Shown: positions 31,640 to 42,448, counted from the stretch's first letter. The stretch is 64,000 nucleotides of DNA from Silvanigrellaceae bacterium (GCA_049423385.1 JBMSQQ010000002.1:1-64000), one strand, 5' to 3'. The notes: a model not told the origin generated them from the sequence alone. A program made the numbers and translations.

Positions 31640-32629
31640 TTACAGCGCAAGTTTTCCATCGGCCAGATCGCAAACATATGACCTCGGAAGGTGTTTCCAA
31701 AATCCACTCGCGATGTCACGGAAGGATGTTTGTGTCAGCCAGCGATGACGAGCAGCTGTAGGCGCAGGTTCATAATCAGCATTGTTGGCAAATCGTCTCA
31801 ACAAGGGAAGTAATGTTCCATAACGGTCCGCAATCTGATTCAAGGTTCCGCGCTCGTCATCCTCGAACGGGAGCAGTGGAATGGGGTCGTTGGGCTGAAT
31901 CACCACCTGCAGTCGGTTGGCCAGCAATTTTCTCGCTGCATCCGTGAATGTGTGTTCTCCAATTTTGGGTGCACCAAAAGTCCAGATGGAATGTATTTTT
32001 TTTCCACTTCTTTCGAGGTCGACCGCGCTGAGAAATGCCACGGCTCCGCCCAGACTGTGCCCGGCAAGAATCAACGGTTTGCGTTTTGATTCTGCCAACA
32101 GGGCGGCTTCAAGCGAATAATCTCTGACCGATTGTGCAGCTGAAAAGAATCCACCGTGCACGCGTCCAGGAGTGGCCCAAGTCGAAGGAGCCCTCTCCAA
32201 TCGAACATCAACGTCCGTGATCAAATCCGATGGTTCCTGGGTGCCGCGGTAAACCAGCAGAACAAACTGATCGTGCTCTGCCCAAAAGCCATTTGTGCTG
32301 GTTTCGTTGTTGTCGAACAGTCGATGGGATACAAAGCCCCATTCCTTGAGAATCCGTTCGCGCCGCCCCGGCCAAAAGCGGTAGGCCAAATGACTTGCAG
32401 CCATCAGCAGGTAAGCATTTCCTTGGCTCTTCGTTCTTTCGAGTTCGAATTGCACCGGAGATTTTGGAGTTCCACATGGCAGATCGTCTTTCGAGATGTT
32501 GCTCGAAGTCCAGAGTGAAGGGATGGGTGGATTGCCTTTTGCTTTTTTCGAGGGGGTATTGGCTTTGCCGGCCGTAGTGAATGCCAGTGCAGTCAACAGG
32601 AAAGCAAACACAACCAGAAAAATTTTCAT
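31640..32629 (-). CDS. Secreted class 3 lipase
   Basis: Signal peptide; YRGT, VHGGF, GHSLGGA, TFGAPKIG, NDPIP. Confidence 0.9.
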   Translation of the reverse strand: MKIFLVVFAFLLTALAFTTAGKANTPSKKAKGNPPIPSLWTSSNISKDDLPCGTPKSPVQFELERTKSQGNAYLLMAASHLAYRFWPGRRERILKEWGFVSHRLFDNNETSTNGFWAEHDQFVLLVYRGTQEPSDLITDVDVRLERAPSTWATPGRVHGGFFSAAQSVRDYSLEAALLAESKRKPLILAGHSLGGAVAFLSAVDLERSGKKIHSIWTFGAPKIGEHTFTDAARKLLANRLQVVIQPNDPIPLLPFEDDERGTLNQIADRYGTLLPLLRRFANNADYEPAPTAARHRWLTQTSFRDIASGFWKHLPRSYVCDLADGKLAL

Positions 32630-32894
32630 TTGAGGCGGTCTCCCATTTTCAGCGAAACGCGCGCGGGAAATAGGACAGGTTGGCTCTGGAATGCCCTCGA
32701 AAAGGACCTGCTCCCGACACCATAAAAGAATAGATTGCGGGCAAGGTCAAATGATGTTTTAGCCCAACCGGCTGCCAGTGGTATCGGACTGCTTGATTAT
32801 TTCCATAATGGAAATATCTTGTATTTTCTGTGTCTTGGGATTGGGTTTCAATCTCTGGGCCTCTCGTTGAATGGCACGCTTTGGGAGGGTGAAC

Positions 32895-33938
32895 ATGAAT
32901 CCTGTGATGTTTTCGTCGCGGGTATTGTTGGGAGCAACGTCGTTGCTGTGCACGGTTTCCGCCTGCAGCAGAGAGATGAACGTGGACGCGACTCCCCAAT
33001 GGCTGGCTTCGCCGGGAATGACTGATTCAGAAATTCAAAAAGCCCTGAGTGCAACGATCGCGCTGCGCGTCAACCTGACCTCGAACAGGGCAACGCTGTA
33101 TAAAAAGGGCGAGGCACTTCAGCAGTGGAACATAGCATCTGCAGACGTGACGGGGCGATATCACAACGGCCAACCGAAGTTCACGCCGGAAGGAATCTAT
33201 GGCGTGGAAGACTTTGAACATTGTCCTGTGTGGCGGCCCATTGATCCCGTGAATCCTGCAACAGGCAGGGTCGCGCAGAGCGAAGATGAACGCTGGCATA
33301 TCTTCAACACATATCCCGATGTCTATGGGGCTTGTGGTGAAAGAAATCCCTTGGGACGATACGTTATTTGGTTTCAGGGTCCGTTTGGGATGCATGGCAA
33401 CTCTGCGGAAGATATTTTGCGCTTGCGGGATCCGGATGACAGGCGAGTTTCGGGCGGTTGTCTGCGGAACCCGAATGCAAAAATCAAGGAGATTTTTCAT
33501 CTCGCATTGGCAACGTACACAGAGATTTCCGATTACAAGGCGCGAGTGATAGCGATGGAGAACAATCCCAACAAGTCCACGGTGTCGAAAACTGTGCGAA
33601 ATCTGGACATGCGGATTGTGGTTGGAAGTTGGAACAGTGATCCCCGGGTGAGCAATCCGCATGGTGGAGGTTCTTTGCCTCCTGCGCCGGTATCCACGCC
33701 AACTCCGATTCCTGAACCCATCGGACCAGCGATGATTTGTAAAGCAGTTGCAATCGACCCTGCGCGTGGCATTGCGCCCGTGCACATCACGTTGCCCGCG
33801 ACCAGTGAAAACGTGTCGGCCTGGTATCGATTGAATGATCCGGTACGGGTGCAGGGACGAATTCCCGGGACGACGTTTTATCGCACCGGTCGAGGCTACA
33901 TCGACAAAAAGTTCATTGGAAATTGTTCCGAACTCTGA
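32895..33938 (+). CDS. L,D-transpeptidase (YkuD family), probable lipoprotein
   Basis: GGAGG before ATG 32895; VSA-C; TPEG, NPLG, GMHGN..SGGCLR catalytic motif; Pro/Thr linker and small C-terminal domain. Confidence 0.85.
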   Translation: MNPVMFSSRVLLGATSLLCTVSACSREMNVDATPQWLASPGMTDSEIQKALSATIALRVNLTSNRATLYKKGEALQQWNIASADVTGRYHNGQPKFTPEGIYGVEDFEHCPVWRPIDPVNPATGRVAQSEDERWHIFNTYPDVYGACGERNPLGRYVIWFQGPFGMHGNSAEDILRLRDPDDRRVSGGCLRNPNAKIKEIFHLALATYTEISDYKARVIAMENNPNKSTVSKTVRNLDMRIVVGSWNSDPRVSNPHGGGSLPPAPVSTPTPIPEPIGPAMICKAVAIDPARGIAPVHITLPATSENVSAWYRLNDPVRVQGRIPGTTFYRTGRGYIDKKFIGNCSEL

Positions 33939-33963
33939 TCTTGACCTCGGAATTGGATCGCCT

Positions 33964-34014
33964 CATCACCGCCAATGCGTTGGAGAGGGACAACTTCCGC
34001 ATTGGTCGGTGATG
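33964..34014. repeat. Long inverted repeat between convergent genes
   Basis: CATCACCG-CCAATGCG pairs with CGCATTGG-T-CGGTGATG; no U-tract on either side. Confidence 0.6.
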
Positions 34015-34033
34015 TGATCACAAATTCAAAATC

Positions 34034-34786
34034 TTATTGCTTCGAAGCAAAGATCGCTTCCATTTCCTTGCGGATGAGCGCCATTTTTTCTGAACGGACT
34101 TCCGCAGGGATTTGATAAGGGTTGCGGAAGTAGCTTGTTTCATCCAATTCGCTGCGCACGAATTTGGTTTGGTATGTCACGTTGGCAGGGTTGTTGTCGT
34201 CGGCAGTCGAATACTGCTTGAGGATGTTTGGCGAGATGAAATCACGGATCGAACTGATGTCATGATCCATGTACAGCTTGCCGCCGTCCTTGCTGCGGGT
34301 GAATCCGCGCACAACGTAGTCGCAAACAACCACGTCGCTTTCAAATGCCTTGAACATGAAGTCGAGCGCGTAAAGCGGGCTGATGCTGCCGCAGGTTGCA
34401 ATGTCGATGTCGACACGGAACGAGCAGATACCCTGCGGGTCGAGGCTGTCGGGATAGGTGTGCGCACAGATGTGGCTTTTGTCGAGATGGATGTTGACGG
34501 TGCTCTGGGCCATCAGGTTGGCGTGCTCGCCCGCCTTGGCATCGCTCATGAGCAGGACCACGCTGGCTCCCCAAGGGTCAAAATCTTTGCTGGAAACATT
34601 CAGCACGGTCGCGTCCATGATTTCGGCGATGCGAATCAGCATGGCTTCAATTTGTTTAGCACTGTAGCGTTCGTCAATGTATCGGATATAAGATGCACGT
34701 TCTTCTTCATTTGTGGCCACTGCAAAATCGTACAGGTTGAAGCTCAGGGCTTTTGTCAGGTTGTTGAAGCCGAGGATTTGAGACAT
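34034..34786 (-). CDS. speD: S-adenosylmethionine decarboxylase proenzyme (E. coli-type)
   Basis: GFNNLTKALSFN, GASV, HLDKSHICAHTYP (self-cleavage site), RVDIDIATCG, DYVVRGFTR. Confidence 0.93.
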   Translation of the reverse strand: MSQILGFNNLTKALSFNLYDFAVATNEEERASYIRYIDERYSAKQIEAMLIRIAEIMDATVLNVSSKDFDPWGASVVLLMSDAKAGEHANLMAQSTVNIHLDKSHICAHTYPDSLDPQGICSFRVDIDIATCGSISPLYALDFMFKAFESDVVVCDYVVRGFTRSKDGGKLYMDHDISSIRDFISPNILKQYSTADDNNPANVTYQTKFVRSELDETSYFRNPYQIPAEVRSEKMALIRKEMEAIFASKQ

Positions 34787-34938
34787 CGCATTGATTCCAC
34801 ATGAAAAATTGTTGAGTTCCGACACACGCGGGCATATCGCCCGAACGGGGTGTGCTACATCAGGAGACTGTTGGGTTCAACAGGTTTGTGCTACCTTTGG
34901 GGATGCTTCCGCAGTCAATATCAAAGGACGAAACAACG

Positions 34939-36369
34939 ATGGACGTTAAGTCTGGCCTATTTCTTGTCCTGACCGACGATGCCGAACTGGTTTCAACGCT
35001 GGTTCATCTTCAGCCTCGCGGCATGCATGTGCGGGTCTGGTGTCCTGCCAAAGCCTCAACCTTGCAGGACGAGCTTATCGAGGCCTGTGAGGCCATCGGG
35101 GGCGGCGATCTGATTGCCAAGGGCGAACTTGGCAAAACCAACTTTTACAAGCAGTGGGACGAATACGATCCGATCTGTGTGGTTCTGGCCTTTCGCGATG
35201 CGGACGAACACCGCATGGCCCGCCGGCACATTCTCGATGACCTGCCAGAGGCCATCATTTTGTCCCTGAAGCACGGTCATCCCGAGGAAAGTCCGCGCCA
35301 GCTTGCAGGCGGACGCGAACTCATTCTGACCTGGGCGGAACTCCTGAGCCGGCCCGTGGGAGCCGAACTGAGGCACATTCAGACGACCCACCTCGTGAAA
35401 GAGGTTCGCCAGGTTCTGGGCGAGGGCGACAGGATTGCCTTGCTGGTTCAGCCTGATCCCGACCCGGACGGCTTGGCATCGGCACTGGCTCTGCGGACGA
35501 TTTTGGGCAGAAACAAGGTTTCGACCCCGATTGTGAGTTTTGGCAAGGTCACCCGACCCGAAAATCTCGCCATGATGCGCTTGTTGGATATCGAAGTTGT
35601 TCGCGTGACTCCAAAAGAACTTGCTGAATTTGATCGGGTGGCAATGCTCGACACGCAGCCGTCCCACTTCGGATTCCCCCTCGAGCGGGTGGATGCCGTG
35701 ATCGACCACCACCCGACATCCAATGGCAATCCCTATCCGCACATTCCATTTGTGGATATTCGCCACCAATATGGCGCAACCTCCACAATTCTCACGGAGT
35801 ATTTGCGTGCAGCGGCCTGTTCGATTGGGCAGAGACTTGCAACTGCATTGTTATATGGCATAAAGGCGGATACGCTCCTGCTAAACCGAGAAGTGATTGA
35901 TGCCGACCTCGACGCTTTTGTGTCGCTGTACCCGAGCATCAACTACAACCTTCTCAGGCGCATCGAAAAGCCTGAGTTGCCGATGAAGTTTGCACCCGTG
36001 CTTGCGGATGCACTGCGTCAGATGGTCTGTGAATCGGGAGTGGTTGTGAGCTGCCTTGGACAGGTGGAGCGCGAGGATTTGATTCCCCAGGTTGCCGACT
36101 TTCTTCTTCAGTTTGAAGACGTGGAGTGGGTTGTTTGCGCGGGCTTGTTTGATGGCAATGTGGTTATGAGCGTTCGCAATGTGGGCTATGTGAAGAACGC
36201 GGGTGATGTGGTCAAGCGGGTGATCAACGGTTGGGGACTCGGTGGAGGCCACAGAACGATGGCCAAGGCGATTTTTCCCCAGGCGGAATGGAAAAACCGC
36301 TATGGCAGTTTGTCCGTGACAGCCGTTCGCGACGTTGTGTTGAGTTTGTTTCTTCAGGAGGCGGTGTGA
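34939..36369 (+). CDS. DHH/DHHA1 phosphoesterase (NrnA-like) with extra N-terminal domain
   Basis: PDPDG, MLD, IDHH, GATST, GIKADT, GGGH motifs. Confidence 0.88.
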   Translation: MDVKSGLFLVLTDDAELVSTLVHLQPRGMHVRVWCPAKASTLQDELIEACEAIGGGDLIAKGELGKTNFYKQWDEYDPICVVLAFRDADEHRMARRHILDDLPEAIILSLKHGHPEESPRQLAGGRELILTWAELLSRPVGAELRHIQTTHLVKEVRQVLGEGDRIALLVQPDPDPDGLASALALRTILGRNKVSTPIVSFGKVTRPENLAMMRLLDIEVVRVTPKELAEFDRVAMLDTQPSHFGFPLERVDAVIDHHPTSNGNPYPHIPFVDIRHQYGATSTILTEYLRAAACSIGQRLATALLYGIKADTLLLNREVIDADLDAFVSLYPSINYNLLRRIEKPELPMKFAPVLADALRQMVCESGVVVSCLGQVEREDLIPQVADFLLQFEDVEWVVCAGLFDGNVVMSVRNVGYVKNAGDVVKRVINGWGLGGGHRTMAKAIFPQAEWKNRYGSLSVTAVRDVVLSLFLQEAV

Positions 36370-37310
36370 TGTATCCGACGGACAGAGACTTTTCCAAAGA
36401 CAAGTCAAAGCCATCGTTGCCCAAGTCATCACCATTAAGAAGACGCCTGACTTCGCGCTTGCAGCCACTGCACGGCGGCATGGGGTTTGGTTCCAATGCG
36501 ATTCGTGAGCGAGCCATGGTTGTGGCGCGTCAGGCAACCCAGAAAAGAGCTCAGGCTGGCCAAACTTTTCAGCCAACCGGCGACAAGCATCTCATGGGCC
36601 CTCAAGGTGAAGGTTTGCAGTTCACCGAGGAAATCACGGTTGTCCGCGGGGTGGAAAGGTTACCGGAACTCACTGAAATCGATCTTCCCGAGAAGTTCGC
36701 ATTTCGGCGCGAATCCATGAACGACAAGATTCGACTTTCAGCCGCGGCGCAGGTGGAAAAGCAGGCGAGATTGGTGGCTGAACAAGCTATCGCAAAAGCT
36801 GCACCCGTGCCTTCGATCAAATCATTCATTTCTGCCACCCGAAGAGTCCAGCCACCCAGCCTGCTGCAAAGTCTACTGGCCTGGTTTTTCGATTCGCTGG
36901 TTGTGGTTTCGTGTCTGGTTGTCGGCTTCACAGTTTCGGCAAGCGTTCCATTTGTGGGCTTGCTCGCGCACAAATTCCCGACACTCATCAAGGTTCCCGT
37001 CCCCGGCTCGGTTCAATTCGGATCGCTGGGATGGATGATGTTGATGATGCAGACTTTGGCCGTTGCTTCCACATTGCTGTTTTTTGTCCAGACGATTGCT
37101 GGTGTTTTTCTGTCTGCATCGATTGGTCGTGCCATTGCGAATGTGCAGATTGCTTCGAGTCGCTCGGCTTTGGGCCGTGGCCTCAAGATTGGCTTTGGTG
37201 AATTGTTGCAATGGCCGTTCGCTTTCGGGCTTTTGAACGCAATTGTGTCGCCGGAACATAATTTTATACTGCGCTCCGTCCGCTGGGCGCGCGGCGGCAC
37301 ACAGGACTGA
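36369..37310 (+). CDS. Hypothetical membrane protein, RDD-like C-terminus
   Basis: TGATG overlap with the DHH gene; LLAWFFDS, SIGR, several TM helices. Confidence 0.6.
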   Translation: MYPTDRDFSKDKSKPSLPKSSPLRRRLTSRLQPLHGGMGFGSNAIRERAMVVARQATQKRAQAGQTFQPTGDKHLMGPQGEGLQFTEEITVVRGVERLPELTEIDLPEKFAFRRESMNDKIRLSAAAQVEKQARLVAEQAIAKAAPVPSIKSFISATRRVQPPSLLQSLLAWFFDSLVVVSCLVVGFTVSASVPFVGLLAHKFPTLIKVPVPGSVQFGSLGWMMLMMQTLAVASTLLFFVQTIAGVFLSASIGRAIANVQIASSRSALGRGLKIGFGELLQWPFAFGLLNAIVSPEHNFILRSVRWARGGTQD

Positions 37311-37462
37311 TCCGCTTTTGTAGCTAATATCTCTGTAAATTGATATCCTCCGCGCCTGTGTCGGCTTGTACTCTGTCGGGCCTGTGCTATTCAGGGGCCG
37401 CAGATGGCTTCTCATTATTTTTGTTGACTCAATTGGTATTCAATTCATCAAAGGGGTTGTTT

Positions 37463-39664
37463 ATGGCGACTGGTAAGACGACTGCTCACGTTCCCGGTGT
37501 TCGCACAATCGAACGTCCACGCAATGTTGATGGCACCTTGGCCCGCATAGCCGATTTTTATGGGTCCAATGTTTTTGATTTGCGTGCGATGGGGAAAAAG
37601 TTGAGTTCCCACGACCTTGAAACCATGGGCAAGGTGATGAAACTGGGTGGCAAGATCGACTCCACCTTGGCCGAACGCGTTGCTTCTGCTGCACGCGAGT
37701 GGGCGATTGAAAAAGGCGCCACCCACTATTGCCACTGGTTCCAACCCCAAACAGGCACGACTGCCGAAAAGCACGATGCGTTCCTGTGGCTCGACAAAAA
37801 CGGACATCCCATTGAGCGGTTCACCGGCAAGGAATTGCTCCAGAGCGAACCGGATGCGTCCAGTTATCCATCCGGCGGCATGCGCTCCACGTTTGAAGCC
37901 CGCGGTTACACGAGTTGGGACCCCAGCAGTCCCATGTTCGTCATGGAAACCGAGAATGGCCGCACACTTTACATTCCTTCGGTGTTCATCAGCTACCACG
38001 GCGATGCACTCGACTTCAAAACGCCTTTGCTCCGCTCCAATGAGTCTTTGGGCAAGGAAGCGGTGAAGATGCTTCACCTTCTGGGCGAGAAGAACGTGAC
38101 GAGTGTCATCACCACGGTTGGTGCTGAGCAGGAGTTTTTTCTTGTTGCGCGCGAACAAGCGATGGCCCGCCCCGACATCCGCCTTTCGGGCCGCACGGTT
38201 TTTGGCAAGCGTCCTGCGAAAGGTCAGGAACTCGAGGATCATTATTTTGGTCATATCCCAACCCGCGTTCACGCGTTCATCAATGAACTCGAAGTTGAAC
38301 TCTACAAGGTTGGTGTGCCAATCAAGACTCGCCATAACGAAGTTGCACCTGGCCAGTTTGAAGTTGCGCCGATTTTCGAAGGCTCAAACATTGCCGCTGA
38401 CCACAACCAGTTGCTGATGAAGGTGCTCCGCACTGTTGGTGCGCGTCACAACTTCACAGTTCTGTTGCACGAGAAACCCTTCTCTGGCGTCAACGGAAGT
38501 GGAAAGCACGTCAACTGGTCGATGTCCGACTCCACGGGCCGCAACCTTTTGGAGCCAGGAAACACACCTCACCAGAATCTTGTCTTCCTCACAGCGCTTT
38601 GCGGCGTGATGCAGGGAATCTACGACCACGCCGATGTACTTCGTGCGTCTGTTGCTTCGACAGGAAACGATCACCGCCTGGGCGCAAACGAAGCTCCTCC
38701 GGCCATCATCAGCTGCTTCCTGGGCGACACACTCGACAGGATTCTCAACGCCATCGAGGCCGGCAAAGGCGACAACGTTTCTGCAGAGCGCGCTTTGCTT
38801 GACCTTGGCGTCAATCACCTTCAGCACGTGGCACTCGACAACACCGACCGCAACCGTACGTCACCTTTCGCCTTCACCGGCAACAAGTTTGAATTCCGTG
38901 CAGTGGGTTCAAGTGCACCCATCAGCTTCCCGACTGCGATTCTCAACGCTGCAGTGACTTCGGGTCTGGCCAAGGTGAATGCCAAGTTGGCAGCACGCGC
39001 CAAAGGTGGGGCTGTGTCGCCTGAAGCCAATTTCGAAGTTCTCCGCGAAGTTATCCGCGACACACGCAACATCAGGTTCGAAGGCAATGGATACTCGCAG
39101 GAATGGCGCGACGAGGCAGCCCGCCGTGGTCTTGGCAACTATGCCGACACTCCGTCTGCTCTCGGCGTCTGGACAGACACCAAGAAGACCGGCTTCCTCG
39201 TGGAAACGGGCACCTTGACTGCGACAGATTTGGAAAGCCGTTCTGCAATTCAGTGGGAGCGCTACATCAAGCAACGCCTCATTGAAATCAATGTTGCCAT
39301 CGAGATGGCTCAGACTGGCATTCTGCCAACGACTCTTGGCTACCTTGGTGAGCTCGTGTCGCTCGGCGAAGCTTCTGCCCGCTTGCACATTTCGACCCCG
39401 GCACAAAAGCTGGCTGGCGAATTGGGGCAATTGACAGTGCGCTTTGAAACAGCGCTTTCGAGCTTGCGCACCGCTTATGAGCGCGTCACTGCAGGCGATG
39501 CGTTGGACCATCACGAGTTGCCAAAAACCGCCAAGGCCATCGCCGACCAGTTGTTGCCAAAGCTTGAAGAGCTGCGCACAACCGCAGATCAGATCGAATC
39601 GATTGTGCCAAGCAGCAAGTGGCCGTTCCCGACGTATCAGGACATGCTCTTTCCTGCCGACTGA
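37463..39664 (+). CDS. glnA: Glutamine synthetase type III (GlnN-like)
   Basis: ATHYCHWFQP, AEKHDAF, EPDASS, FEARGYT, GQELEDHYFG, HNEVAPGQFE, GVNGSGKH, DRNRTSPFAFTGNKFEFR. Confidence 0.96.
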   Translation: MATGKTTAHVPGVRTIERPRNVDGTLARIADFYGSNVFDLRAMGKKLSSHDLETMGKVMKLGGKIDSTLAERVASAAREWAIEKGATHYCHWFQPQTGTTAEKHDAFLWLDKNGHPIERFTGKELLQSEPDASSYPSGGMRSTFEARGYTSWDPSSPMFVMETENGRTLYIPSVFISYHGDALDFKTPLLRSNESLGKEAVKMLHLLGEKNVTSVITTVGAEQEFFLVAREQAMARPDIRLSGRTVFGKRPAKGQELEDHYFGHIPTRVHAFINELEVELYKVGVPIKTRHNEVAPGQFEVAPIFEGSNIAADHNQLLMKVLRTVGARHNFTVLLHEKPFSGVNGSGKHVNWSMSDSTGRNLLEPGNTPHQNLVFLTALCGVMQGIYDHADVLRASVASTGNDHRLGANEAPPAIISCFLGDTLDRILNAIEAGKGDNVSAERALLDLGVNHLQHVALDNTDRNRTSPFAFTGNKFEFRAVGSSAPISFPTAILNAAVTSGLAKVNAKLAARAKGGAVSPEANFEVLREVIRDTRNIRFEGNGYSQEWRDEAARRGLGNYADTPSALGVWTDTKKTGFLVETGTLTATDLESRSAIQWERYIKQRLIEINVAIEMAQTGILPTTLGYLGELVSLGEASARLHISTPAQKLAGELGQLTVRFETALSSLRTAYERVTAGDALDHHELPKTAKAIADQLLPKLEELRTTADQIESIVPSSKWPFPTYQDMLFPAD

Positions 39665-39665
39665 T

Positions 39666-40925
39666 TCACCAGTTTTCGGGATTTCGTCCGATGATGATCG
39701 CTGCCAGGACCTTGGGGACATAATCCAGGGTTTCCTTTGGCAGCGTTTCTTTTAGATGCCAGAAATCGACTTGCTTCGAAATTTTTATGCTCTGGCTGAT
39801 TTCCTGACGCTTGATGCGGTTTTGTCCGGCGTTGTAGGCCGCGAGTGCCAGCAGGTAGCGCTTGTTTCCAAACATACCCAGAAGAGAATTCAAATAGCGG
39901 GCAGCGGCGTGTGTACTGGCCTCGACATGCCTACGAGCATCTGCTCCCTGTTCCGCATTGTTGATGAGTCCATATTCCTGCGCTGTGCTGTCGATGAATT
40001 GCCACATTCCCACTGCGCCGGCGTGGCTAATCGCCTGCGTGTCGAACGCCGATTCGACCCACGCGATGTAACCCAGCTCTGTGGGGAGTCCGTGGATCTG
40101 GAGAATTTTCTGAATTTTTTCCCAGACCAAATCACGCTTGCGCAAAAGCTCACGATGCCGGTCGTTTTTTGTGTAAAAGTTTATCCAATGCTCAACCTGC
40201 GCGACAAATTGGGGATCCATTGCCGAGGGTGGGATTTCCCCGAAGCGCTGTGAAATGTTGACAATTTCGTCCCAGACATAATGGCTGGCAACCAAGGGGA
40301 CATCAGTGTTTGAATTTGCACTGTTGCTCAGTGTGATTTTGATGTCGCGACTCTGGCTTTCACCCGGTTTGCCGATGACAAACTCGTTCTTTGGAAGCAA
40401 TGTGCCCGTAGGAGCAGTGCGGGCAAAAACGTTGTTTGGCGAGTCATAGACCTGCCAAAGACTGAAACAGAGACCGCCGATGCAAAATCCTGCAACTGTA
40501 AACCAAAGCGGAGCTGTCATGCTGAATGCGCTCGCGCCATGTTGAACGGGTTTCTGGATCAGCTCGAATCCAGAAGTGATTCCCGGTGGCAAACTCGATT
40601 CGAGGGTAGACCAAACTTGAATCATGCACGTGGTGTTGAGCCCCAGTTGCAGGGCATCACCTTCGCGAAGGCGTCCTTCCTGCTTTATCTTTTTGCCATT
40701 GATTCGTGTGCCGTTGGTGCTGTTGAGATCGGTGATTGTGAGCTTTCCGTTGGGATGAAGGCAAATGGCAGCGTGTCTTCTGCTGACCGTGGGATCTCCG
40801 TCAACCCTGATGTCGGCCTCGGAGAGCGATCCCATGATATATGTTTGTCCTGGGATCAAAGTGAACTGTCTTGAGTTCATTGGACCATTGGTGAACCGCA
40901 GCAGAAATGGATAGTTGTTTTTCAT
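39666..40925 (-). CDS. FHA domain - TM - lytic transglycosylase (SLT, MltD-like) fusion
   Basis: FHA VSRRHA..DLNSTNGT; TM PLWFTVAGFCIGGLCFSLW; SLT VESAF, AGAVGMWQF, AAYNAG, ETLDYVPK. Confidence 0.88.
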   Translation of the reverse strand: MKNNYPFLLRFTNGPMNSRQFTLIPGQTYIMGSLSEADIRVDGDPTVSRRHAAICLHPNGKLTITDLNSTNGTRINGKKIKQEGRLREGDALQLGLNTTCMIQVWSTLESSLPPGITSGFELIQKPVQHGASAFSMTAPLWFTVAGFCIGGLCFSLWQVYDSPNNVFARTAPTGTLLPKNEFVIGKPGESQSRDIKITLSNSANSNTDVPLVASHYVWDEIVNISQRFGEIPPSAMDPQFVAQVEHWINFYTKNDRHRELLRKRDLVWEKIQKILQIHGLPTELGYIAWVESAFDTQAISHAGAVGMWQFIDSTAQEYGLINNAEQGADARRHVEASTHAAARYLNSLLGMFGNKRYLLALAAYNAGQNRIKRQEISQSIKISKQVDFWHLKETLPKETLDYVPKVLAAIIIGRNPENW

Positions 40926-42448
40926 GAATCACCACACGTGAAGAGCATCTGCAAATCGCCGAGTTGAATGACGGAACCGTGACCAATAATTCTGAATTTA
41001 TTGAGTGGCCGACCATTGACGGCCAGACCGCCGTTGGAAAAGTCTTCAAGCAAGGCCTTGTCACCCTGAAACGAAATGCAGCCATGCCTGCGCTTAATTC
41101 CATGTCCCTTGATCATCAGGTCGCATTTGTATCCGCGACCAAAAACAACAGAGTGCTGCCTGATGATAAATTCCCGCCCCCGGTCTTTTCCATTGAGCAT
41201 GACCAACAATGGGCCCTGTCTGGAGCTTGTCTTCTCCGGGAAATCTTCAGTGGAAAAAATCCCGGCTTCCATTCTTTTCATGTGCCTCAGGGTCACGACA
41301 AAGCCGATTGCGATTGAGGTGAGAAGCCATTCAATCCATGCGTTGAGCGCCAGGCTGGCTTTTGTATCAACCGAATTGAATCGGGGTGGAGGACTTGCCT
41401 TCCTGGTGCTCTCATCGCTTTTTTGAACGTTTGAAGTTTTTCTTTCTTCAGGGGAAAAACGCACCACTGATGGGAGCGATGTAAACCTGATGCCATGATA
41501 CAAAGCCGACAACCTCAAGGATGACTCTGGTTTTCCGTTGCCCTGGAGTGTGGATTGCGGGACTTGAGCCGTGACAATGTACTCTTTATCCAGAATATTG
41601 CGTGTCGCCTGCAAGGCCCGGAATGCTCCCTGCAGATCGACAACCCTGAAGACGGTGCCTTTTTCGAGAGCTTCTGGAGTTTGTGTCCAGTGGCGCTGTA
41701 AAAAAGTCTCCGGCCGGGCAAAAACAATTTGATGAATTGCAACATCCATCTGCAAGAGTCGCTTCACACACGATTCGTTTGCAATCTGTTCCGCGCTGGA
41801 TGTGGCCGCTGATCCACCCATCAGGATGAGTGTTTTTTGATCTGATTTTTTCAATCCAGCTGAATTCCATTTGTCAAATTTAAGCGCAGCTGTGCAGAGC
41901 GCAGAGTCGGTGAAGACAGAGTCTGGAGAAACCAAAACCGAATCGGCAAGCAGCCGACGCTGCAACGCCAGGCTGTTGTCCTGGTGATCTGTGTCAATCA
42001 GCACCCGCTCAAAGACTTTTTTCGGAGCAACTCCAAGGATGGACAAAAAATCGGCGCTGAAGCTCGCAAATTCCTGAGCGGTCAGCGAGCGAAGTCCCTT
42101 GTTCAATCCCTTCATGGTCTTGACGCCGTTCGCATCGTAGGCAAAGACAACAGCGCGATTGTTCCATCGTCTTGATGAGTCGAAGGTGGTCAGGCCGATT
42201 TGTGAATTGTTGACAACTTGATCGTCGACCAAAATCTGGAAGGAGTTTTTGTCGAGAGTCGAGATTGGGAATTTACCGCTTGCATCGACCTCAACAGCAG
42301 ATGCGCGAATTTTGAGATGGGTTCCACTTTCCCAATCAACTGAGCGCACTGTGAGCTTCCGTTCCTGGGCAGAGAATGCTGTTGGGGTGGCGATTGCAAG
42401 CACAGTGAAAAGCACAAATCGATTGGTTGTTTCGTGTTTTGCTTTCAT
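40922..42448 (-). CDS. Signal peptide - vWA-like domain - TM - FHA domain protein
   Basis: Signal (TAFSA-Q); alpha/beta region with VVFAYD and KTLILM strands; TM WLLTSIAIGFVVTL; FHA VFGRG..RRHG..VNG..IQLG. Confidence 0.7.
   Translation of the reverse strand: MKAKHETTNRFVLFTVLAIATPTAFSAQERKLTVRSVDWESGTHLKIRASAVEVDASGKFPISTLDKNSFQILVDDQVVNNSQIGLTTFDSSRRWNNRAVVFAYDANGVKTMKGLNKGLRSLTAQEFASFSADFLSILGVAPKKVFERVLIDTDHQDNSLALQRRLLADSVLVSPDSVFTDSALCTAALKFDKWNSAGLKKSDQKTLILMGGSAATSSAEQIANESCVKRLLQMDVAIHQIVFARPETFLQRHWTQTPEALEKGTVFRVVDLQGAFRALQATRNILDKEYIVTAQVPQSTLQGNGKPESSLRLSALYHGIRFTSLPSVVRFSPEERKTSNVQKSDESTRKASPPPRFNSVDTKASLALNAWIEWLLTSIAIGFVVTLRHMKRMEAGIFSTEDFPEKTSSRQGPLLVMLNGKDRGREFIIRQHSVVFGRGYKCDLMIKGHGIKRRHGCISFQGDKALLEDFSNGGLAVNGRPLNKFRIIGHGSVIQLGDLQMLFTCGDS

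Noticed and set aside
37280..37462. Sigma54 promoter for glnA
   Set aside because: No TGGCAC-N5-TTGC match with correct spacing was found.
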